Part shown: positions 1 through 4,972 of the stretch, one piece after another | How the letters are laid out: every line of letters starts with the position of its first letter | How positions within the stretch are numbered: the first letter of the stretch is position 1 | Translations under genes and position numbers: made by a program | Assembly (NCBI GenBank): GCA_964432405.1 | Contig: CAYSNH010000009.1 | Span: forward strand, 1 to 5,808 | Origin: an uncultured Candidatus Saccharibacteria bacterium | GTDB taxonomy: Bacteria > Patescibacteriota > Minisyncoccia > UBA6257 > UBA11618 | DNA length: 5,808 nucleotides | Direction: 5' to 3' | The notes under the pieces: model-generated | What the model saw: only the letters and a program-made list of their open reading frames with translations | Databases searched by the model: none | Told to the model about the DNA's origin: nothing

Positions 1-183
1 GAGATATACGCAACCTTTTTCATGAGTAGCACACTGAGGCGCAGGGCACTGACCATTATCACCAGCCTCTACAGCAACTTGCTCTTTAGATAAAAAACCG
101 CCAAACAAAAGAACGGCTATTACCAAAGCCAAAATAATCCAAAAGGCTTGCTTATCACTATCGCTGCTTTTATCTCTAGCCAT
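1..183 (-). CDS. Partial CDS (5' end only, runs off left edge): N-terminally membrane-anchored Cys-containing hypothetical protein, paralogue of 268..711
   Basis: The ATG is the complement of 181..183 and the frame stays open for all 61 codons to position 1. Hand translation: MARDKSSDSDKQAFWIILALVIAVLLFGGFLSKEQVAVEAGD then NGQCPAPQCATHEKGCVYL... The first 42 codons are base-identical to those of 268..711. FWIILALVIAVLLFGGFL is a single hydrophobic anchor helix. Confidence 0.6.
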   Translation of the reverse strand, partial: MARDKSSDSDKQAFWIILALVIAVLLFGGFLSKEQVAVEAGDNGQCPAPQCATHEKGCVYL

Positions 184-227
184 ATAGAAAAATTATATCA
201 CTTCTTTATTAAATAAGTTATCCCCAA
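58..227. repeat. Copy 1 of a 170-bp perfect direct repeat (partner 586..755, offset 528 bp)
   Basis: Compared base by base with 586..755 and found identical. It covers 126 nt of coding sequence (codons 1-42 of the minus-strand gene) plus 44 nt upstream of the ATG. Identity stops abruptly at both ends (57 vs 585 and 228 vs 756 differ). Confidence 0.97.
192..200 (-). promoter_or_regulatory. Extended -10 box (TGaTATAAT on minus strand) for the 1..183 gene
   Basis: Minus strand reads gTGaTATAATttttctatATG, a perfect TATAAT with a TGn extension only 8 nt before the ATG. The hexamer at the -35 position (TAACTT) is poor. AT-rich DNA produces -10-like hexamers by chance. Confidence 0.4.
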
Positions 228-246
228 TAGTGATGAGGGATAACTT
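215..246 (-). terminator. Hairpin downstream of 268..711, a possible intrinsic terminator overlapping the next promoter
   Basis: The 10-bp perfect stem AAGTTATCCC (215..224) / GGGATAACTT (237..246) has a 12-nt loop and starts 21 nt after the stop at 268. On the minus-strand RNA it is followed by AUUUAAUAAA, a weak U tract. Confidence 0.4.
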
Positions 247-267
247 TTATGACCTACTTTCATTCTT

Positions 268-711
268 TTAATGACTTACTGGATTACCATATTTATCACA
301 AGTAGGGTAAATATGGTAGTGTTCTGCTTTCTTAAGATAACAAACAATAGGTTTACAACCAGGACCACCAGGATAAATTGTTTCTACAGTCTCATTAGGG
401 TGTTCGTAACTAAGAGCAAGACAAGGGGACATAAATGATGATGATGATGTTTTACCTACTGTACATTGGCTATTCGTTTCTTCTTCAAAATCATCTGTAA
501 GTTGGCTCATTTCTTCCTGTTCACCAAGTTCTTCAGAGAATTCCATTGCCCATAATAGTTTATCTTTATAAGAGTGGTGATCACCATCACCAGCCTCTAC
601 AGCAACTTGCTCTTTAGATAAAAAACCGCCAAACAAAAGAACGGCTATTACCAAAGCCAAAATAATCCAAAAGGCTTGCTTATCACTATCGCTGCTTTTA
701 TCTCTAGCCAT
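268..711 (-). CDS. Hypothetical N-terminally membrane-anchored protein with acidic linker and Cys/His-containing C-terminal domain (147 aa)
   Basis: Complete ORF. It has one hydrophobic helix (residues ~14-31), an acidic stretch (EFSEELGEQEEMSQLTDDFEEETN) and 5 Cys (83, 97, 119, 124, 138). The His/Tyr-rich end is KAEHYHIYPTCDKYGNPVSH. I recognise no family. The gene is co-oriented with its neighbours and has its own promoter-like box. Confidence 0.7.
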   Translation of the reverse strand: MARDKSSDSDKQAFWIILALVIAVLLFGGFLSKEQVAVEAGDGDHHSYKDKLLWAMEFSEELGEQEEMSQLTDDFEEETNSQCTVGKTSSSSFMSPCLALSYEHPNETVETIYPGGPGCKPIVCYLKKAEHYHIYPTCDKYGNPVSH

Positions 712-755
712 ATAGAAAAATTATATCACTTCTTTATTAAATAAGTTATCCCCAA
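586..755. repeat. Copy 2 of the 170-bp perfect direct repeat (partner 58..227)
   Basis: Identical to 58..227. It covers codons 1-42 of 268..711 plus the 44 nt upstream, and ends 1 nt before the stop codon (757..759) of the FAD oxidase gene. Confidence 0.97.
720..728 (-). promoter_or_regulatory. Extended -10 box (TGaTATAAT) for 268..711
   Basis: Same sequence as 192..200 because it lies inside the repeat. It sits 8 nt upstream of the ATG at 711, within the 45-nt gap after the oxidase gene. Confidence 0.4.
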
Positions 756-756
756 G

Positions 757-2346
757 CTACTTCTTCTTTAGGTGTTTGATAGCGTAGCTTAGTTTGCCAT
801 CAACCTTTTTGCCAGGATTGAAAATATTATTAGGATCAAAGATCTTTTTTGTTTCTTTGAATAACTGATACATTTTGCGGCCATACATTTTTTGCATGAA
901 AGGAGTTCTGATTAAGCCATCGTTATGTTCCGCTGACATCGAGCCATCAAATTTGAAGACGAGGTCGTAAACTTTTTTAGATAATTCGGTAATAATCTGG
1001 CCGGATTTTTTGTCAGTTAAATTCATGAGAGGAATAATATGGAAGTTGCCATTACCTACATGACCAGCGATGGTGTAGGTGATATCATATTTATTAAGGA
1101 TTTTCTTTAATTGAGGTAGGAATTGAGGCAGTTTCTCAGGTCGCACTACAATATCATCAATAAAAGGAGCGGTTTGCTTGTCTTTGATCTTTTGACGTAA
1201 CAAGTTAAAGCTTTCTCGTCGGACCGTCCAGTATTTAGCGGTTTCTTTAGCGTTTTTAGTGATTCGAGTGGGAAGTTTGAAGTGAGCGATGTCTTGTTGG
1301 GCAGCAAAGGCCTTCTGATCTACCTCATCTATAGAGTCACCAGTGAATTCAGCTATCAATACTAATTGAGGTAGGCCGCCTTGCAGGACCATTCCTAGTT
1401 CAGGTAGAAATTGAAAAGCAAATTTCCAGAAGAGATAGCGCATCCCTAACTTCAAAGTATTATCATCGTATGATTCAAAACTTTCAGGGTTGTATTTCAA
1501 GATCTCATTAACTATCTTGCCTAAGGGCTTGAGATCGCTAAGAAAAATAACTAACAACTTAGAATGTTTTTTAGGTTTGATAAGGCCAACCTTTATTTCG
1601 GTAATGAGGCCAAGGGTGCCTTGAGAGCCAACAAATAGATTGGCTAGATTAAAGGTCTGACCATCCCAGACATTCCAGAGATAGTAGCCGGAGGAGTTTT
1701 TGGAGACTTGCGGCTTAGCTTTTTCAATTAAAGATTTATTGTTTTTGATTAGGCTGTACACCTTTTTATATACCCGCCCCTCAAAATCTTGCTGTTTTAT
1801 TTTTTTAGCTAATTCAGTTTTATTAAGATCTTTAAAGGTATATTGTTGACCATCGGCCAAGATCACCTTCAGTTCTTGGATGTAGTCTTCGGTCTTGCCA
1901 TAAGCGAGGGTTTTCTCTCCACCAGCATTATTAGAGACCATACCGCCCCAGGCACAGAGGTTTTTGGAGGCGGGATAGGAGGGGAATAATAGGCCTTTTT
2001 TCTTAGCCCTCTTTTCAAAGTCTCGATAATAGACACCAGGCTCCACTACAGCAAAGGTTTTACCAATCTTCTTTATCTTATTAAAATGCTTGAAATCAAC
2101 AACAATTGATTCGGTTAATGGTCCGCCGGTCATATCGCTACCACCCGCTCGACCCGTGAGAGAGAGGTCTTTTTTCTTATTAACAAAAGTAACTAATTTT
2201 TTAAGATCAGAGGAGTTTTTAGGAGAGGCTATTAATTGAGGTTTAACCTCAAATAGACTGGCGTCTCGGCTGTATTGAGTGAGCTTTTGACTACTATCAA
2301 AAACCTCACCTTTAAAAAAGGATTTAAGTTCTTTTTTAAGTTTCAT
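757..2346 (-). CDS. FAD-binding oxidoreductase, GlcD / D-lactate dehydrogenase-like (PCMH-type FAD-binding domain plus FAD-linked oxidase C-terminal domain), 529 aa
   Basis: The N-terminal half matches the FAD_binding_4 pattern: PQLIASPKNSSDLKKLVTFV, GRAGGSDMTGG, VVEPGVYYRDFEKRAKKKGLLFP, NLCAWGGMVSNNAGGEKTLAYGKTEDYIQELKVILADG. The C-terminal half carries the family hallmarks GHVGNGNFH, GSMSAEHNDGLIR and IFDPNNIFNPGKK. Substrate cannot be assigned from sequence. Confidence 0.92.
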   Translation of the reverse strand: MKLKKELKSFFKGEVFDSSQKLTQYSRDASLFEVKPQLIASPKNSSDLKKLVTFVNKKKDLSLTGRAGGSDMTGGPLTESIVVDFKHFNKIKKIGKTFAVVEPGVYYRDFEKRAKKKGLLFPSYPASKNLCAWGGMVSNNAGGEKTLAYGKTEDYIQELKVILADGQQYTFKDLNKTELAKKIKQQDFEGRVYKKVYSLIKNNKSLIEKAKPQVSKNSSGYYLWNVWDGQTFNLANLFVGSQGTLGLITEIKVGLIKPKKHSKLLVIFLSDLKPLGKIVNEILKYNPESFESYDDNTLKLGMRYLFWKFAFQFLPELGMVLQGGLPQLVLIAEFTGDSIDEVDQKAFAAQQDIAHFKLPTRITKNAKETAKYWTVRRESFNLLRQKIKDKQTAPFIDDIVVRPEKLPQFLPQLKKILNKYDITYTIAGHVGNGNFHIIPLMNLTDKKSGQIITELSKKVYDLVFKFDGSMSAEHNDGLIRTPFMQKMYGRKMYQLFKETKKIFDPNNIFNPGKKVDGKLSYAIKHLKKK

Positions 2347-2355
2347 TTGTTATTA

Positions 2356-2364
2356 ATAATAACA
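2356..2364 (-). promoter_or_regulatory. Candidate extended -10 (TGtTATTAT) for the FAD oxidase gene
   Basis: Minus strand reads TAAgtttgTGtTATTATtaataacaaATG, placing the box 9 nt from the ATG at 2346. It lies in the 23-nt gap after the methyltransferase stop, so co-transcription with the methyltransferase is equally possible. Confidence 0.3.
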
Positions 2365-2369
2365 CAAAC

Positions 2370-3092
2370 TTATTCCACAGATTCTTTTTTTATTAAGAAG
2401 TGGAAGGTGCTGGGATGAACTATGCTGATTAGTCGGTAGGCTATGAGGGCTGGTGTGAGAAGTAATTTGTGAGGATACTTGTTAGCAATCTTTTTTTCAC
2501 GACCATCTTTGATTGAAAAGCCAAGGCTTTTTACCAATCTACTGATCTGACCGCGGGTGTAGTAGTGCATTTCTCTTAGATTTTGATGACCAGTGGTCTT
2601 AGACTCATAATTTTTATGTTTCTTAAAAAAAGAAATATATAAGTTACAAAGTGATCGAGGTAACCAGTTAACAAAATAAAGATGAAAATGAGGGTCGTAG
2701 ATGCCAAACCTATTAGGAACACTCATATATGCTCGGGCATTGGGCTTTAATACGCGATGAACTTCTTTGAGGACTGATAAAGGTGACTCTACGTGTTCAA
2801 TAACTTCAGCCATGTTAATAAAATCAAAAGAGTTGTTATCAAAAGGCATCTTTTCTCCTACTCCAGAAATAACTTTGATGGAGACGTTTTCCCGGGCTGC
2901 TTTTTCTTTGGTGATCTGGATATACTCCTCACTTTTTTCTAAACCTATAACATCCAGCCCTTTTTTAGTGGCCTCTATCAAAAAATCGCCTCGACCAGAG
3001 CCAAGATCGAGAAGGGTTATATTATCTAGATGAGGCATGTGTGATCGCAGTTGATCAAAGTGGGTTTTTTTCATGGTTATTATTCGTCCCAT
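2370..3092 (-). CDS. Class I SAM-dependent methyltransferase (Methyltransf_11-like), 240 aa; true start may be the ATG at 3074 (234 aa)
   Basis: SAM motif I is LLDLGSGRGDF, with the acidic loop VIGLEKS. The post-I and motif II/III region is FDFINMAEVIEHVESPLSVLKEVHRVLKPNARAYMSVPN. The ATG at 3092 overlaps a TATAAT box and lies 6 nt from a terminator hairpin. The internal MKKTHFDQL start at 3074 is therefore plausible. Confidence 0.88.
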   Translation of the reverse strand: MGRIITMKKTHFDQLRSHMPHLDNITLLDLGSGRGDFLIEATKKGLDVIGLEKSEEYIQITKEKAARENVSIKVISGVGEKMPFDNNSFDFINMAEVIEHVESPLSVLKEVHRVLKPNARAYMSVPNRFGIYDPHFHLYFVNWLPRSLCNLYISFFKKHKNYESKTTGHQNLREMHYYTRGQISRLVKSLGFSIKDGREKKIANKYPHKLLLTPALIAYRLISIVHPSTFHFLIKKESVE

Positions 3093-3099
3093 TATAACA
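3091..3099 (-). promoter_or_regulatory. Extended -10 box (TGtTATAAT) upstream of the methyltransferase
   Basis: Minus strand reads tttgTGtTATAATgggacgaataataaccATG(3074). The box is 16 nt from the 3074 ATG and shares the 10-mer TTTGTGTTAT with the oxidase upstream region. Confidence 0.4.
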
Positions 3100-3125
3100 C
3101 AAATCCCCCATAATGGGGGATTTGT
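3099..3125 (-). terminator. Intrinsic terminator-like hairpin after the small acidic protein gene
   Basis: The 11-bp stem 3099..3109 / 3115..3125 has a CCCCC/GGGGG core flanked by A-U pairs and a 5-nt loop. It starts 22 nt after the stop at 3148. The minus-strand RNA is ACAAAUCCCCC-AUUAU-GGGGGAUUUGU followed by GUUAUAAU. Confidence 0.55.
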
Positions 3126-3147
3126 TTAGTAGTATAGATGAGAGTGC

Positions 3148-3348
3148 TTATTCAGCAGCTTCATCTTCCATGTCGTCAGAGTCAGCGTCAGCATCGTCAC
3201 CAACAACTGCTTCAACGTCAGCTAGTACTTCGGCTTCTTCAGCAGCAACATCTTCTTCTGCTGGAGCAGCGTCTTCGCCGCCCTTAAACATAAACCAAGC
3301 ACCTAGAACGATGATTACAAGGATAATAATCCAAATCCAAACTTTCAT
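3148..3348 (-). CDS. Small membrane-anchored poly-acidic protein (66 aa)
   Basis: MKVWIWIIILVIIVLGAWFMFK forms an N-terminal hydrophobic helix. The following 44-residue tail has 20 Asp/Glu and no basic residue by hand count. It has the same architecture as the two anchored proteins at the left end. A terminator hairpin sits downstream on this strand. I chose it over the antisense ORF 3113..3355. Confidence 0.6.
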   Translation of the reverse strand: MKVWIWIIILVIIVLGAWFMFKGGEDAAPAEEDVAAEEAEVLADVEAVVGDDADADSDDMEDEAAE

Positions 3349-3414
3349 GATGTAAATTCAGTTAAAAATATATTGGAAACAAGACCGACCTTTTTCTTTC
3401 CTGTTTTATTCAAA

Positions 3415-3441
3415 ATTAAAGCATTGGAGTTTAATTGTCAA
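3415..3441 (-). promoter_or_regulatory. Candidate sigma-70 promoter for the small acidic protein gene
   Basis: Minus strand has TTGACA (3441..3436), a 15-nt spacer ending in TGc, then TTTAAT (3420..3415). The spacer is shorter than optimal. This would give a 5' UTR of about 60 nt. Confidence 0.3.
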
Positions 3442-3468
3442 ATGGAAAGGGTGGGATAATCAATAAAT

Positions 3469-3497
3469 TTGACTAAGGATTAATTTAATGTCATAGT
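3469..3497 (+). promoter_or_regulatory. Candidate sigma-70 promoter for the ECF sigma operon
   Basis: TTGACT (3469..3474) is followed by a 17-nt spacer ending in TGt, then CATAGT (3492..3497). The candidate at 5736..5764 has the same layout and the same TGTCATA core. The -10 lacks the first T. Confidence 0.35.
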
Positions 3498-3537
3498 ATG
3501 CGGAAAGTGTAAGAAATTAGATTCTTCAACGTCTTAT

Positions 3538-4041
3538 ATGGAGCAACTAGATAAATCACAACAATTTTTAGCTGATTACGATAGTTTTTCGGAAGTGATC
3601 TTTCGGCATTGCTTTTTTCGTGTTTCTGATAGAGAAACAGCGAGAGATTTAATGCAGGATACCTTTGTTAAGGCCTGGAAGCAGGTTGTAGCGGGGGCGG
3701 AAATCAAGAATATGAGAGCTTTTCTATATAAAGTTGCTAACAACCTCATTATTGATGAGTATCGGAAGAAAAAGGCCTATTCCCTTGATCAGATGCAAGA
3801 AGCTGGTTTTGAACTAGCTAGTCAGGATCATTTAAAGATAGAAAAGATAGTTGAGGGTCGAGAGGCGTTAAAAGTGCTTGATCAGCTTGATGACAAGTAT
3901 AAAGAGGTTATTGTTATGAGATATATAGACGATCTTTCTCCTCAGGAGATTGCTGAGATAGTAGGAGAGAGTGAGAATCTGGTATCGGTTCGTATTCATC
4001 GTGGTTTGGTGCGCTTAAGAGAGTTAGTTAATAAAGAATAA
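3538..4041 (+). CDS. ECF-type (group 4) RNA polymerase sigma-70 family factor, 167 aa
   Basis: Region 2 is FRHCFFRVSDRETARDLMQDTFVKAWKQV ... FLYKVANNLIIDEYRKK. The region 4 helix-turn-helix is VIVMRYIDDLSPQEIAEIVGESENLVSVRIHRGLVRLRE. The size and the absence of regions 1 and 3 are typical of ECF sigmas. Confidence 0.92.
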   Translation: MEQLDKSQQFLADYDSFSEVIFRHCFFRVSDRETARDLMQDTFVKAWKQVVAGAEIKNMRAFLYKVANNLIIDEYRKKKAYSLDQMQEAGFELASQDHLKIEKIVEGREALKVLDQLDDKYKEVIVMRYIDDLSPQEIAEIVGESENLVSVRIHRGLVRLRELVNKE

Positions 4042-4043
4042 GT

Positions 4044-4952
4044 ATGGATAAAGAACTAAAAGACATTATTAATAAAGCAAAAGAGGTGAGATTGAATGAA
4101 GAGGACAAGTCCCAAGTAAGGGAGAATTTAGTTACTTTCATGAATAAAGATTTGGGGGATGTAAGAAATGAGGAGTTAGTACGTCATAATACTTGGCACC
4201 CTAAAATTTGGTCCGGTTTCGCTCGAGTTCCAGCCGCAGCTGTTCTCTCTGTCTTCTTAATGACAGGAGTCTCATTAGCTGCTGAAGGTTCTCTACCCGG
4301 CGACACTCTCTATCCATTGAAGGTCAATATCAATGAAGAAATTCAGAGTTTAATGGCTTTCTCTCCTGAATCTAAAGCGAAGTTTGAAATTAAGCGCGCC
4401 GAACGTCGTTTAGATGAGGTAGAAAGATTAGCTCTACATAATAAATTAGAGGCCCATTGGAAAGATAGTTTAGATGGTCGTTTAGAGAGACAGATCGAGC
4501 GAGCGAGTAAGCGTATTGCAATGCTAGAAGAAAAAGGCGAATTGCAAAAAGCAGCTCAGATTAATAATCGCTTGGAAGTAGTTCTTTCTGTTCATGATCA
4601 GATCCTAACTGATTTGGACAAAAAGAAGATTACCGCCAAGAAGATTAAAGAAAAAGTTAAGAAGGTAGCTGCTCAACGTCAGATTCTAGAAAAGAAGTTG
4701 TTGACTGGTAAGGTGATTGATAAATTGATCGAGGAGAAAGATTTAGTGGAAAAGAAGATTACTCCTAAAGATATTAAAGTTATCCAAAAACAACAATTAA
4801 AACGGCAAGAAGAAAAGAAAGCTTACATCGCACTTCAAAAAGCTAAAAGAGCTGTTGAGAAAAAGGTTTTATTAAAGAAGACCAATCAACGCCTAAAGAG
4901 CTTCCAATCAAAAACAAAACCAACCAAATTGAGGGATTCCGTTAGTCGTTAA
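4044..4952 (+). CDS. Putative single-pass anti-sigma factor (non-zinc type) with helical extracytoplasmic domain and lysine-rich C-terminal tail, 302 aa
   Basis: The start is 2 nt after the sigma stop, which suggests translational coupling. A ~60-aa N-terminal soluble segment has no HxxxCxxC motif. One TM helix follows (VPAAAVLSVFLMTGVSLAA, residues ~62-80). Next comes GSLPGDTLYPLKVNINEEI, which from memory resembles the start of DUF5667-type domains found next to sigma factors. The rest is helical or coiled-coil. The anti-sigma role is inferred from position and topology. Confidence 0.65.
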   Translation: MDKELKDIINKAKEVRLNEEDKSQVRENLVTFMNKDLGDVRNEELVRHNTWHPKIWSGFARVPAAAVLSVFLMTGVSLAAEGSLPGDTLYPLKVNINEEIQSLMAFSPESKAKFEIKRAERRLDEVERLALHNKLEAHWKDSLDGRLERQIERASKRIAMLEEKGELQKAAQINNRLEVVLSVHDQILTDLDKKKITAKKIKEKVKKVAAQRQILEKKLLTGKVIDKLIEEKDLVEKKITPKDIKVIQKQQLKRQEEKKAYIALQKAKRAVEKKVLLKKTNQRLKSFQSKTKPTKLRDSVSR

Positions 4953-4972
4953 TAATCAATTTATTTTTAACT

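Noticed and set aside
435-449. (ATG)5 trinucleotide run, encoding SSSS on the minus strand, as a phase-variation tract
   Set aside because: Five units are short and slippage would stay in frame, changing only the Ser count. No on/off switch is possible and there is no evidence of variation.
58-755. The 170-bp repeat pair as a DGR template/variable repeat, a CRISPR array or a mobile-element terminus
   Set aside because: - **DGR:** TR/VR pairs differ at adenine positions, whereas these copies are identical. No reverse transcriptase is in the window.
- **CRISPR:** there are only two copies, each 170 bp long and containing a promoter and coding sequence.
- **Mobile element:** the repeats are direct, there is no transposase or integrase, and I saw no terminal inverted repeats or target duplications.
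2767-3033. 88-aa plus-strand ORF
   Set aside because: It lies entirely antisense within the methyltransferase gene, whose SAM-binding motifs are unambiguous. The translated sequence is low-complexity with no motif.
3113-3355. 80-aa plus-strand ORF (Ser/Ala-rich, MGDLFSSIDESAYSAASSS...) overlapping the small acidic protein gene
   Set aside because: It is the antisense shadow of a GAN/GCN-rich acidic coding region, which naturally lacks stops on the opposite strand. It has no TM or recognisable domain and its ATG lies inside the terminator hairpin. The minus-strand ORF has a clean TM-plus-tail architecture and a downstream terminator. This call is not proven, as noted in the findings.
3435-3460. 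Plus-strand TTGTCA ... GATAAT as the sigma-operon promoter
   Set aside because: The spacer is only 14 nt, too short for a functional sigma-70 promoter. TTGACT-N17-CATAGT at 3469..3497 fits better. The TTGTCA is more plausibly the reverse complement of a minus-strand TTGACA.
3502-3535. ECF-type autoregulatory promoter (GGAAAG ... CGTCTT) just upstream of the sigma gene
   Set aside because: The CGTC lies 4 nt before the ATG and the GGAA-like element is 22 nt upstream of it, well outside the usual 16-17 nt ECF spacing. The -35 match is poor. This cannot be supported without the sigma factor's own motif.
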